This document shows, piece by piece, positions 25,417-39,244 of a DNA stretch of 64,000 bases. The DNA lies in the NCBI RefSeq assembly GCF_006345805.1, contig NC_043002.1, positions 3,968,001-4,032,000 on the forward strand, in the 5' to 3' direction. The position numbers and the translations under genes were made by a program. Origin of the DNA: Octopus sinensis. Lineage: Eukaryota. The notes under the pieces are model-generated. The model ran no database searches and was not told the DNA's origin. It worked only from the letters and a program-made list of their open reading frames with translations. Numbering within the stretch: position 1 is the stretch's first letter; every line of letters begins with the position of its first letter.

Positions 25417-25729
25417 TGGAGGCGCAATGGCCCAGTGGTTAGGGCAGCGGACTCATGGTCGCAGGATCGCGGTTTCGATTCCCAGACCGGGCGTTGTGAG
25501 TTTTTATTGAGCAAACACACCTAAAAAGCTCCACAATGCTCCAGCAGGGGGTGGTGCCGATCCCTGCTGTACTCTTTCACCACTCTTTCTCCCACTCTTT
25601 CTTCTGTTGGCCTGCTCGCTTAGCCAGCGGGGTGGCGTCATTCGAAGGCTAAAAAACAATGCGAACGCATTGTGACCAGCGATGTGTAACAACATCTGAT
25701 GGTCTGGTCGGTCACGTGATCATGTGATA
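25417..25729 (+). mobile_element. tRNA-derived SINE family C; related head at 57780-57884(-)
   Basis: TGGCCCAGTGGTTAGG (A box) and GGTTTCGATTCC (B box), CACGTGAT tandem tail, inserted in (CA)n. Confidence 0.75.
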
Positions 25730-28717
25730 TACACACACAGACAGATGGGTATGGTTATGAAGTTAAAAAGGTTGCTTTGCAACCACATGGCACTAGGTTT
25801 TATCCCTCAGCATGGTATCTTAGGCAAGTGTCTTCCACTAACGGCGTTGGCTTGGCAAAAGCCTCGGGAGTGAAATTTGGTAAATGGAAGATGTGCAGTG
25901 TGTTTGTGGCTATCGTAGTGACAGAGATATATAGAAATGTTGAGTAAGGCGCAGGAGTGGTTGTGTGGTAAGTAGCTTGCTTACCAACCACATGGTTCCT
26001 AGTTCAGTCCCACTGCATGGCACCTTGGGCAAGTGTCTTCTACTATAGCCTCGGGCCGACCAAAGCCTTGTGAGTGGATTTGGTAGACGGAAACTGAAAG
26101 AAGCCTGTCGTATATATGTATATATATGTGTATGTATCTATATGTTTGTGTGTCTGTGTTTGTCCCCACAACATCACTTGACAACCGATGCTGGTGTGTT
26201 TATGTCCCCGTAACTTAGCGGTTCGGCAAAAGAGAATAAGTACTGGGCTTACAAAGAATAAGTCCCAGGGTCGATTTGCTCAACTAAAGGTGGTGCTCCA
26301 GCATGGCTGCAGTCAAATGACTGAAACAAGCAAAAGAGCAAAAGAGTAAAAGTGCCCCATGGGGAAATATATCGTAGCAAATGAATTGTCTGAATTTTCA
26401 TTGCAAGCTAATGAAACATTATCAGCCAATTGACTCATCATCTGCCTTTTATCCACAACATAAATACATCGTTAAATAAGTGCATTGCCTTTTATTAACA
26501 AATAAAAAGAATAAAATTTGTAATTTGATTTTTTTGACTGCAACACTAGAAACGATGGAAGAAGACAGGATTGAGCAATGAAATAGGAGATCCCCTTCTT
26601 AATTTCAGAATAATCATAGGAAAAAAATATGTGCCTATCTATGTGCATGACAATAATCTAATTACATCATATTATTAACATTAATTACTACAGAAATATA
26701 ACAATGTAGTCTTAATTTATTATATTTTAATTGGACCTAATGAGGAAATAATGATGGTAATAGTCTCAAATTAAATAAATATGTTGCTGTTCGTTAACAT
26801 TGTTAAACGAAATTCAAAGACAAAGAAGAATTATCCGTAACAAATTTACTCAGAGTACAACAGGAACGGGAAAAAAATAAACAAAACAAAATAAACAAAC
26901 AAAAGTTACTTTTCAAAACAGAATCATGAACAGAAAGAAGAAAATGCACTCTTAACAGTATTTTAACCTTTGAGCATTCTAAACAGACCGGCTGCTCGTT
27001 ACACTGGGATCGGAATTGATTGAGGTTGTTCATTATTTATTCAATGTACACAGAAACAGGAAAATTTATATCTGCTTTTATAGGTTGCATATATTTTAAC
27101 CCTGTGTTTATACTATTGGAAACCTTTAGCATTCAGGTTAATTTATGAAATGTAAATGCTCATTCATTCACATTTTAAAAGAATTAATCATGTTCTAACT
27201 TCAAGATTTTGAAGATGTGATCTTTTATTTTTAGAATCCGTTGCCAGCCTCGCCTTGCCCCCGTGCCGGTGGCACGTAAAAAGCACCATCCGTCCGTGGC
27301 CGTTTGCCAGCTCCGTCCGGCACGTAAAAAGCACCCACTACACTCATGGAGTGGTTGGCGTTAGGAAGGGCATCCAGCCGTAGAAACACTGCCAGATCAG
27401 ACTGGGCCTGATGCAGCCTTCTGGCTTCACAGACCCCAGTTGAACCGTCCAGCCCATGCTAGCATGGAAAGCAGATGCTAAATGATGATGATGATGATGA
27501 GAATTGTCATTGTAGAGTAGGTGTGAAAGGCTGGATCTGGCCAGTTTCAACATAAAACATGTTAATTTATGTCTGAGAAACATCAGCTTAGTAATTCTTT
27601 CTGCTACAGAAATTTTGAGGGGGGGAGCTACCCAATTACAATGACCCCAGTGTTCAGCTGGTACTTATTTTATTGACCACGTAAGGATGAAAGTTGACTG
27701 TGACAACATTTGAACTCAGAACTTAAAACCAGAAGAAATGCTGCTAACAATTCCACCAGCTTACCACCATTCTTCGCCAGCTTTAACAATGACAGTTATT
27801 TTGCTAAATTCTTCATCATTTCAAAAATTATTTGAAATAAAAGCAGTGTTTTTCAACAGAAATACAGCAACAAAACAGTTAAACTGGGGTGGGGGGAGGG
27901 GGGGAAGAAAACCATAATAATAAAAAAGACAAATTATGAGCCATGCTTTCCAAATATTTTGGTATTTTGGCAGCTTTGATGTTCTCCGATGACACACTGA
28001 CTTCTGACTTTTTATTTCTGTGATGTGCCATGTCTGTAGCAGTAATACACAGTTGGACTGATTATTACTTTGTTTCTTGGTTGCTCCTTTTTCAAGAGTT
28101 CTAAAAAATTTCCAGATCAAAGGATGGAATATTCTGTCTCTTGAATTTGTTTTTTTTTTTTTTCCATTCTAAATAGAAAGCAGTCTGTGGATAAATACTT
28201 TCAACAGAGCTTAAAAATGTGTTGACTCCACAGATAAAAACTTTAAATAACGTTTAGCAATGTATTTTTTTCTTCCTCAACATTTAATATCTGTTTTCCA
28301 TGCTGACATGGGTTGGATGGTTTGACAGGAACCCATGAGCCAGAGGACGGCACCATGCCCCAACGTCTGCTTTGGCAGGGTTTCTATGACAGGATGCACT
28401 TCTTAATTTCACAAAGTGGCACTGGCACTGGTAGTTCACAAGAAGGGATCCCTTGACTGAAGTGAGCATATCACTGAGGGAAGTGGCTTTATGCCAGGTG
28501 AGGAGGAAGGACAGTGTAATGGTGTTTACTGACCAACAAGGAATTTGGTAAGATGATGAATTTACTGATGAAGCATTTAACCCTTTAACATTTAAACCAG
28601 CCATATCCGGCCATTGCTGCTGACTGTGGGCAGCAATATGGTTTGTGCCTTGTGAGTGAATTTGGTAGAAGGGAAACTGTGTGAAAGCCTATCATATATA
28701 TATATATATATATATAA

Positions 28718-29050
28718 AGACCCCCTTCGGTCATGAATGACCATGGGATTGCACCTAGAAAGTTACTCTCCTAGACACAAGTCCGGGCAAGGTTGTTTTA
28801 TGGAAGACCAGCAGTCGCCCATGCATACCAGCCTCCCCTCTCCATGCCACCAGTGTTATCCAAGGGAAAGACAAAGGTCGATACAGCTTGGCACCAGTGA
28901 CGTTGCAACTCATTTCTACAGCTGAGTGAACTGGAGCAATGTGAAATAAAGTGCCTTGCTAAAGAACACAACACGCAGCCCAGTCCGGGATTCGAGCTCA
29001 CAACCTCAAGATCGTAAGCTCGACACTCTAACCACTGAGCCATGCGCCTT
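28718..29050 (-). mobile_element. tRNA-derived SINE family B in (TA)n; related copies about 9925-10250(-) and 52273-52600(+)
   Basis: Head TGGCTCAGTGGTTAGAG...GAGCTCGAATCCC; flanked by TA repeats on both sides. Confidence 0.75.
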
Positions 29051-30102
29051 CATATATATATATATATATAACTAAATAAAACAGAGCAGCAAAGTGTAAA
29101 TGTTTTGGTATTATTTGTTCACCATTACACATGTTTCATTTGCTAATAGGAATTGCAAAGTTTTACATGCTAGATAGACATGTGAGGAATAAGTAGATGT
29201 GCTTCAACACTAAACAGCTGAGGTTTACCCTAACTACCTATACAATATACATACATACATCATATGCACACATACATATATATCTAATGTATGTGTATCA
29301 TTGTATCTGTTTGTCACCCACCACCACCACCAGCACTACTTGACGGCCAGTGTTGGTTTGTTTACATCCTTGTAACATAGCAGTTCAGCAAAAGATACCG
29401 ATAGATTAAGTACCAAACTTTAATTAAGCATAAGTACTGGGGTTAATTTATTCAACTGAAACCCTTCAAGAAGGTGCTCCAGCATAGCCACAATCCAATG
29501 ACTAAAACAAAAAAGTAAACATACATCATCATCATCATTCAACATCTGTTGTCCATGCTGGCATGGGTTGGACGGTTTCACTAGAGCTCGTAAGCTGGGA
29601 GGCTGCATGAGACCCCAGACTATTTTGGCATGGTTTCTACAACTGGATGTCCTTCCAAATGCCAACCACTCCGAGAGTTTAGTGGTTGCCACAACTGCAG
29701 TTTTACTTGGCTTGACGGGTCTTCTCAAGCGCGGCATAATGCCAAATGGACTTGGTTATTGATTCCATGAGGCACAACGCTCAAAGCATGACATAAAGCC
29801 GAATGGTCTTCGTCCTTGCCGCCATGAGGCCCAACACTAGAAAGGTGCTTTTACGTGCCACCAGCATGGGTGCCATTTGTGTGACACCAGTATCTACCAC
29901 AACTGCGATTTTACTTGGCTTGATGGGTCTTATATATACACATAATGTATTATACTTATAATACCTATATATTATCTATTATATATATACATATATATAT
30001 ATATAACGGGAAGGTTTACGAAAATAAACAAAAGCCGAAGGCAGGTGGAGTACAAACAAACAAATGTATTAGTATGGCGCTCAGGAATAGAACTAGAAAA
30101 AG

Positions 30103-30140
30103 TCTTTTACGTTTCGAGCATACGCTCTTCCACAGAAAGA
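30103..30140 (-). ncRNA. Minimal hammerhead-like motif, CUGUGGA core variant, within element 30004-30152
   Basis: TCTTT-CTGTGGA-A-GAGC-GTAT-GCTC-GAAA-CGT-A-AAAGA. Perfect stems I and II, GUA triplet; element flanked by (TA)n. Confidence 0.65.
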
Positions 30141-30151
30141 TACACAGAAAG

Positions 30152-30184
<33 letters not shown>

Positions 30185-30689
30185 ATAGAGAGAATGGCAG
30201 GCAGTGGTGAAGGGGTGATGGAGAAGGTATATGTTCAGGTCTTAGCATCCCCACCCACAAAAGATAAAATAAACAAAATGAAACGAAACAAAAACAAATA
30301 TAAGCAGAAGAAACATCTGTGTTTAGGGGGGGGGGGGCATGCATTAAAAGTATCAAAATGACATGGAGATGTGGCCTATATGAATTGGGGGGGGGGGCTA
30401 AAGAGGTGGGGGAGAATGGGTTTGAAGATTCTGTGTTAATAGTAACCAGGATGTCCATCTCCCGAATTTTCAAGAGAAAACAGTCTTTCATGTATCGCAA
30501 GCCATGGAGCACATTTTTTTCTCTCTCACACTCACTGACACACAGACACTTCGTATAAGTAAAGTTATATGTTGAATGTTAGTGAGTGCTGGACTGTGTG
30601 TATAATAATGTATGTGAGAAACACAGTGTGCGTTTAGATAGGCCCAGTATGTATATATACTGAACGAATTCTTTTTGGTGACTATCGTT

Positions 30690-30731
<42 letters not shown>

Positions 30732-31267
30732 GCCATTTCAATCAATGTCTACTTATTTATTTAATTTTTTTTTTATGCAAGTCGCAATGCTTGTTGTATT
30801 ACAAGTGTTTTATGTTCGAGGGTGTATATAGAAGTGAGCATGCTTGTGCATATATGTGAGGGTGTGTTTGAGTGTGAGTTAGTATGATGGAAGGCTAAAG
30901 AGTGTCTGCATGTGAGAAAGCGAGTGAGAGAGTGAGTGAGTGAGTGAGAGAGCGAGTGAGTGAGAGAGTGAAAGAGAGTTTTGATAAAATGAAAAGTGTT
31001 GAGAATTCAAACACGGAAGTAAAATATCTTTTTCAAATCACATCCATCAATTATATACTCTTTTACTCTCTTACTTGTTTCAGTCATTTGACTGCGGCCA
31101 TGTTGGAGCACCGCCTTTAGTCGAGCAAATCGACCCCGGGACTTATTCTTTGTAAGCCCAGTACTTATTCTATCGGTCTCTTTTTGCCAAACCGCTAAGT
31201 GACGGGGAATTGACAGACCTGCATAAACACACTGGAATGTAAACACACACACACACACACACACACA

Positions 31268-32810
31268 CATCATCATCATCGTTTAACGTCCGCTTTCCAT
31301 GCTAGCATGGGTTGGACGGTTCAACTGGGGTCTGGCAAGCCCGAAGGCTGCACCAGGCCAGTCAGATCTGGCAGTGTTTCTACAGCTGGATGCCCTTCCT
31401 AACGCCAACCACTCCGAGAGTGTAGTGGGTGATTTTATGTGCCACCGACACAGATGCCAGACGAGGCTGGCAGACGGCCACGCTCGGATGGTGTTTTTTA
31501 TGTGCCACCGACACAGGTGCCAGACGAGGCTGGCTGACGGCCACGCTCGGATGGTGTTTTCTTATGTGTTACCGACACAGGTGCCAGACAGGGCTGGCGG
31601 ACGGCCACGCTCGGATGGTGTTTGTTATGTGCCCTCAGCACGGAGGCCAGTCGTTGCGGTACTGGCTACGATCACGTTCGGATGGTTTTCTTATGTGCAC
31701 CGGCACTGGTACCACATGGATACAAATCCATTGATGTTCATCTATTTTGATTTGGTTCAATTCGATTTGATTGATTGATTCGATTCTCACTTGCCTCAAC
31801 AGGTCTTCACAAGTGTCACAAGAAGGAAGGTATGCACAGGTGGACTGACTACGTCCCAGGTAGGGGCCACGGATTATGGCTTCACTAGTCTTGCCGGGTC
31901 TTCTCACGCACAGCATACTTCCATAGGTCTCGGTCTCTAGTCATTTCCATGGTGAGACCTAACGTCCGAAGGTCGTGCTTCACCACTTCGTCCCAGGTTT
32001 TCCTGGGTCTACCTCTTCCACGGGTTCCCTCAACTGCTAGGGATTGGCACTTTCTCACACACCTATCTTCATCCATTCTCGCCACATGACCATACCAGCG
32101 CAATCGTCTCTCTTGCACACAACAACTGATGCTTCTTAGGTAAAACATTTCTCTCAAGGTACTAACGCTCTGTCGAGTAAGTACACTGACATTACAATCC
32201 ATCGGAACATACTGGCTTCGTTCCTCACAAGCTTACGCATGTCCTCAGCAGTCACGGCCCATGTTTCACTGCCATGTAGCATAGCTGTTCGTACACATGC
32301 ATCATACAGTCTGCCTTTTACTCTGAGCGAGAGGCCTTTAGTCACCAGCAGAGGTAAGAGCTCCCTAAACTTTGCCCAGGCTATTCTTATTCTAGCAGTT
32401 ACACTTTCAGCGCACCCGCCCCCACTACTGACTTGGTCACCTAGATAGCGGAAGCTATCAACTACTTCTAGTTTTTCCCCCGGAAAGTGACGGAAGTTGT
32501 TTTCTGCAGATTTTCGGAGGTCAATGCTCCAGAGCATCTGCCACATACAAAAACTATCTTCCAGTTAGCCTACCTTTGACATTGCTGCACCTCTTATGTG
32601 TCCATAGCTTACACTGGGTACATCTTATAGAGTTTCTACCTACACCTTTTCTACAGATCGAGCAGGGCCATCTTCCTGAGGATATTTGTGGATTTTCTAA
32701 CTTTCTACTTATTAGTACTTTGGTTTTAGCTAGGTTGACTCTAAGGCCCCTCGATTCTAAACCCTCCTTCCACACCTGGAACTTCTCCTCCAGTTCTGAT
32801 AGTGACTCAT
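31268..32810 (-). mobile_element. RTE-clade LINE, 5'-truncated, with PHD-like finger in the RT region and (GAT)n tail
   Basis: GLRVNLAKTKVL - WPCSICRKGVGRNSIRCTQCKLWTHKRC...CGRC - VDSFRYLGD - LHGSETW - RLRWYGHV - GRGRPRKTW; frameshifted; 3' UTR has ~60-bp tandem units. Confidence 0.88.
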
Positions 32811-35572
32811 AAAAAAAAAAACAAAAAAACATGGAAGCCTCTATGTGGCCACAATTTCTGCCAGAAATAGCAGCCAAATTTCTTTCAAATCACATTTGTA
32901 ATAAGGGAAGGACATTATATAATTCAGTCTTAGAATACATTGTGTGTAACTAAAAGACAGGATAGTCATGTTTGGAACACATTTTTTTAAACATAGTATC
33001 AGCTCAGTCAGAAATGAACTGGTGTTAAACCGCAATAACAGCACCATAACCCCCCCCCCCTCGACACACACACACATAGATACAGACAACTTGACAAGTT
33101 ACGAGAGAGACACACACACACATGCACTGACACATAAGCCAACATACATTGCCACATTCACATACCGATACCTAAACACAAAGCATACATACGCACCCAC
33201 ACACCCACACACCCACACACCACACACCCACACACACTTTATACAGAACCTGAGCAGATTTTCTTTTAAATGTGTTTATTGCCACTGATAATGCAGCAAA
33301 GCGTCTTTCCATATTTCTAAAGAGCATTTCTTCTCCACAGACACTCACCGACACACAGACAGAATTGACACAGGCAGACGAAAGGACTTATACAAATCAA
33401 ACATTATTAGAAAAATACCACCATATGGAATCTACAGAAAAAAAAAACAAAAAACAGACCCTTCCTCCCCACCCCACCATATATCTATATAAATGTGTGC
33501 ACGTGTGTTGTTATATGCATATATAAATGCATGAATAATAAACATCTAAGACAGAGAGAAAAGGAGAGAGAGGCCATTCCCTGAAGGTCTTGAAAAATAT
33601 ACTGCATCAGCTTGGGCCCAATGTGATCTTGAATACAATGCGAACCTACTCACACTGCTTTGTACCTAAAGATACCAGTCATGTTTTATCTGATCTTGTT
33701 TTCTTTTGCCCACAAATATAATTTCGATTGGTGTTTTGTATTAAATTTCTCAAACTCTGCTTGCGAAGACCTGTTGAGGCAAGTGAAATTGAAATCAATC
33801 AAAAATCAATGGAAATTGCAGTTGTGATCCTTGTGCCGGTGGCACGTAAAAAGCACCATCCGAACGTGGCTGATGCCAGCCTCGCCTTGACCGGCTTCCG
33901 TGCCGGTGGCACGTAAAGAGCACTCACTACACTCACGGAGTGGTTGGCGATAGGAAGGGCATCCAGCTGTAGAAACACTGCCAGATCAGACTGGGCCTGG
34001 AGCAGCCTCCTGGCTTCCCAGACCCCAGTCGAACCATCCAAACCATGCTAGCATGGAAAACGGACGTTAAACGATGATGATGATGATGATGATACACTTA
34101 ATTTAGAACTTCCAGACGTGGCAACATGAGTCTGGTGCACTGAAGCTTACACATGTCAACAACCAACAGCGAGAAAGCCAGGGGCTGCACCGGACAGAGG
34201 GTGTGCAAGGAAGGAGCAACAGTTCAAATAAAAGCAATCCAACAACATGTGAAGATCAATTCCTTTGTAAAGTAATCATTAGTTATCTGAAAGGGCTGAG
34301 AGGATGGCAAAGAAGGGAGAAGGGGCAAAACGAAAGGATGAGGGATGAGTATTGATGATAACAACGACAATGATGACGATGATGATGATGATGATGATAT
34401 TGATTGGGTTTGTTATTTATCCTAGTTTAGGGATGATACAAGTAATAATGATGATAATTATTACTGATGTTGGAGAAAGATATCGGCAAAATATAGGATG
34501 AAACAATGATGATGATGAAGGAGAAGATGTGGAAACAAGAGAAGACATGTCTGATTGCAAAGAAAGACAAATGGAAGCAGACAATGGCAGTTGAAATGAT
34601 TTCAATTTCACAGTCCAGCCTTGTTGCTATCAACACACACTCACTTAGAAACGCCCTGTCATCTTCCTTTCTCCTCTTATTATTCACTTTTGAATGCACA
34701 CGCACTCATGTGCACACACCACCAACACCACCACCACCACTGCAGGGGCTGCTCTACAGAGTCATTCAACCCGTTTGAAGCAGTAGCCAAACTGCCCTCC
34801 CCTCTTCTATTACACCTGTTGTCCCAAGGAAGGAATGACATGCTTGTATATTGGCATCAAATTTTGGCACAAGGCCAGTAAGTTGTGGGGGTGGGGGTAA
34901 GTCGACTACATTGACCCCAGTGCTCAGCTGGTACTTATTTTAGCAACTCTGAAAGGATGAGAGGCAAAGTCAACCTCGGCAGAATCTGAACTTAGAACAT
35001 AAAGACAGATGAATGCAGTTAAGCATTTTATTCGCTATGCTAACGACTCGGTCAGCTTGCCACCTTACATTTGTTCAACAATACTTGTTTCGAATTTTGA
35101 CACAATTTCGCAGGAGGGGGTAAGTTGATTACATCAACCCCAGTGCTCAACTGGTACTTATTTAATCAACCCCGAAAGAATGAAAGGCAAAGTCGACCTC
35201 AGCGGAATTTGAACTCAGAAAGGCAGGCAAAATACCGCTAAGCATTTCGCCCGGCGTGCTAACGATTCTGCCAGCTCGCTGCCTTCAGCTATATATACCA
35301 GTCATGAGCAAACTGTGGTTTACAGGACTTTCTGAATGATACCTCTTTTTTTTATATATTTTTTACTTGTTTCAGTCATTGGACTGTAGCCATGCTGGGG
35401 CACTGCCTTGAAAAATTTTTAGTTGAATGAATCAACCCAAGTACTTTTTTTTTAAATCTTGTACTTATTCTATTGGTCTCTTACTGAACTGCTAAGTTAC
35501 GAGACCAAAACACACCAAGACTGGTTGTCAAGTGGTGGTGGGAGACAAACAGACACAAAGACACACATATGT

Positions 35573-35625
<53 letters not shown>

Positions 35626-35694
35626 GGAGTAAACACATAAATATGAAACAAGGTGGAAAAAAGAGTACTCAAATACCAGTGGTAGAGTAATATG

Positions 35695-35774
35695 CTTTAT
35701 TTAAAAGCAGCAGAAAATTCAACAAAACCTGTTACTCTGAGTTTTGTTGAATTTTCTGCTGCTTTTAAATAAAG
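35695..35774. repeat. Perfect 34-bp inverted repeat (12-nt loop) in a short element between (TA)n tracts
   Basis: CTTTATTTAAAAGCAGCAGAAAATTCAACAAAAC / exact reverse complement at 35741-35774. Confidence 0.9.
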
Positions 35775-35778
35775 TATA

Positions 35779-35840
<62 letters not shown>

Positions 35841-36762
35841 CAGGCTTCTTACAGTTTCCATCTACCAAAACTTTGATCAGCCTGAGGCTATAGCAGAAGA
35901 CACTTGTCCAAGGTGCCATGCAGTGAGACTGAACCCAGAACCATGTGGCTGGGGAGTGAGCTTCTCATCACACGGCCATGCCTGCAGCTAAAAAAGGAAA
36001 GGGTCTTGAATTTTTTTATTTTTTTAGAGCCAAGTTTCATGCAGCCCCACTTGTCAAAAAGAGGTTACCAATGCCTGATATATACTAACACGGGAGAAGG
36101 GGTGGGACTAGTAGGAGTGGGTGGTCATGGGTGGAAAGCTTTTTATAGTAGATATGTCAGTTTGATCAGGCCTGACATCCTTTTTACTTCTGTCATAACT
36201 AATAATTAAGGGTGCAACTGTATGCGATCACTTGACATGCTAGAAATAGCAGACAGATTCCCTCAAATCATGCCCAGCCATCTTCGAACAAGAAGGGCAC
36301 ACTTAACAATGCAGGCCTAGAATTCATAAAAGATGGGATGGTCAGAGTTGGACCACATTTTATTAAAGATCTTTTGTAGGTATTCACTGCTGTTGTTGTT
36401 TAGCACCAGATCAGATCCGATTAAGAAGAACTATAGCTAGAGACATTCCAACTGTGACCATCTCAGCTTTTTTTGAAGGCATATTATGAAAGTGAAGTGC
36501 TTAGTTATGACCTTAGCGATAATGGCTGAAACATGCACCTAGTGCCCTTCCTGGTTTTAAAACATAGCATGTGCCGGCAAAATTTTGCTGTTTTTTCTAG
36601 CAGGTCTAGAGACTACATAGAGGCTTCCTTATTAACCGAACCTCCTTAAGAGGATGAGATAGATATAGGTACAGGCTTAGTAAGTAGTTAAGAACTTTGC
36701 TTTGCAAACAAATCTGAGTTTATTTTGCTCTGCTGCATTTTGAGTACGAATCGTGCATTGTA

Positions 36763-36889
36763 CAGGGTGTCCACAAAGTCTGGGTAGATGGGGTAAATAA
36801 AATCATAACATAAACAATTAAATATAAGAAATAACAATTTCTTAAAGTATGTGTTAATCCCCGTGTACCCTGACTTTGTGGACACCCTG
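36763..36889. mobile_element. Tc1/mariner-type MITE (127 bp)
   Basis: TA|CAGGGTGTCCACAAAGTC...GACTTTGTGGACACCCTG|TA. Confidence 0.88.
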
Positions 36890-38697
36890 TAGAACGTGTG
36901 TGTGTGTGTGTGTGCACGCACGACAGACTTCTTTAATTTTTCTGTTTATTAAATGCACTCACAAGGCTTTGGTCAGCTTGGGGCTTCAGGAGAAGACACT
37001 GTCCAAGGTGCCAAGGGACCAAATCCATGTGGTTGGGAAACAAACTTCTTACCACACAACCATACCTGTGACTGTATGCATGTAGGCATTCATGTAGGCA
37101 TTCATGCATCCATCCATCCATCCATCCATACATAGCAACATGGCTGGACACAACATCAACAACACAACCAAAGAACAGAATGAAAACAACAGCTCAACAG
37201 GTAAAACAAAGCATAAAGATCTGCACGTATACATACATACATATATAGACGCAGGAGTGGCTGTGTGGTAAGTAGCTTGCTAACCAACCACATGGTTCCG
37301 GGTTCAGTCCCACTGCGTGGCATCTTTGGCAAGTGTCTTCTGCTATAGCCCCGGGCTGACCAATGCCTTGTGAGTGGATTTGGTAGACAGAAACTGAAAG
37401 AAGCTTGTCGTATATATGTATATATATATATGTGTGTGTGTTTGTGTGTGTGTGTTTGTCCCCCTAGCATTGCTTGACAACCGATGCTGGTGTGTTTACA
37501 TCCCCGTCACTTAGCGGTTCGGCAAAAGAGACTGATAGAATGGGCTTACAAAGAATAAGTCCCGGGGTCGATTTGCTCGACTAAAGGCGTTGCTCCAGCA
37601 TGGCCACAGTCAAATGACTGAAACAAGTAAAAGAGTAAAGAGTATATAAAAAAAATAACCTGTTGAAGGTGTTGAAATTTCAATGAAGGAGACTTGGAAC
37701 TCGGTTAGAAACTGGCGCTTTCTTTATTAGCAAGAAATCTTGAAATAAAACTGCATAATGACATTCATACGTGTATGTGTGTGTGAGGGGGGGGGGAGAG
37801 AGCGAGAGAGAGAGAGAGAGTTATCCATTATATGAATGTCTAAGATCAGCAATGATGACCAGAAAAATATATTGTCAGCAATGTCCCCCAGTAAAATGTA
37901 ATTTGATGCAACTTGCACAACACTGCGAAAAGTCCATAATGAAAGCGAAGGGGTCCAAAGAGAAACTCATCCAAAATATCTGTCTCAACAATGTTAACAG
38001 GTTTTATAACAGAGTCACTTTCCAGAGATATGTTTTAAGGAAAATTAAGGGGTGCCTCACCCCTCATTGGACTTCTAGCATATTATTATAACACTGATCT
38101 GGAATTTCCAAGTCCCTCTGCTATTGCTTGATAGTCGTTGATCCTATGCTTCGGGTAGGTAGGTCCGTGTTTTTGCAGGGGTTTCTGGCCACCCTCTTCA
38201 CCAGAGTAACCTGATGGGCAGGGGTTGGGGGGTGCTGGTTTAGTCAATGAATAAACCTAATGGTACAACAGACTCTACTGGATTGATTACATGTTATATG
38301 TCATAGTTGTGTGTTTGGTGTGTTATGGGGGGGGGGGATGAGAGCAGAGAGAGAGCTAGAGTCAGAAAGAGAGAGAGAGAGAGAGAGCAAGTATGGAAAT
38401 ATCAACAGGTGAGTAAACAAACATGTCAGTTGTCATTAACCCTTTTAGCAGTCAAATGAAATAAGGAGGAATAATCCATAAGAGCCAAAAATGCTGGGTG
38501 GTGGTGGTGGTGGTGGTGGCAGTGCCAGAGCAGCAGCGGCAATGAGGCCAACCCTCCCCCCCCTGCCCCCCCCCTGTATCTGGACTGTTTCAACAAGCTT
38601 ATGCTCTGTTTCTGACAAATTGATCAATTATGTAAAAGATAAAATGCAAATAGGATGTAAATAGAGAGACTGTTCTCTCTCATCACTTTGCGACTCT

Positions 38698-38975
38698 GGT
38701 GATGGTAGTAGTGGTGGTGGTGGTGGTGGTGGTGGTGGTGGTGGTGGCGGTGGTGGTGGTGGTGGTGGTGGTGGTGGTGGTGGTGGCGGTGGTTTGTAAT
38801 GGTAGTGATGGAGTTATCAGCTGTGGTTATGGATTTATATAATGGCAATAATGTAACAGCAGCAGCAGCAGTAGTAGTAGTAGTAGTAGTAGCAGCAGCA
38901 GTAGTAGTAGTAGTAGCAGCAGCAGCAGTAGTAGTAGTAGTAGTAGTAGCAGCAGCAGCTGTGGTGGTGGTGGTG
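38698..38975. repeat. Compound trinucleotide repeat (GGT)n/(GCA)n(GTA)n
   Basis: Direct inspection; source of the poly-H, poly-T and poly-V ORFs. Confidence 0.95.
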
Positions 38976-39244
38976 GATGCAGTTGTGGTTGTGTCTATTG
39001 GCCCTAAATAACGGTTGTGATAATGCATTTGACTAGCACTGGTAATTGCGGTGATGGTTTTAGTTGTGATTAGTGTAGCGATGGTGGTGGTGGTGGTGGC
39101 AGAAGTGGGGGGGGGGTGTGGTGATGATATCAGTTGTGGTTATGGATTTATACAATGGTGGCGATAGTTGTTACTACTGATGTGGCTTCATTCAAGTCAG
39201 TCCTGATTAAGCAATTGTATACACGTGTTGCACACACACACACA

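Noticed and set aside
25417-25495. tRNA-like heads here and at about 6615, 28980 and 52275 as functional tRNA genes
   Set aside because: They run directly into SINE bodies and lack intact cloverleafs.
29120-29215. Tenth hammerhead candidate (GAAACATGTGTA on minus)
   Set aside because: No convincing CUGANGA core or stem I.
31430-31715. Regularly spaced repeats as a possible CRISPR array
   Set aside because: Whole units repeat with no unique spacers, they lie in a LINE 3' UTR, and the DNA is eukaryotic with no cas genes.
38624-39028. Poly-His/poly-Thr ORF
   Set aside because: Compound trinucleotide repeat without splice or domain context.
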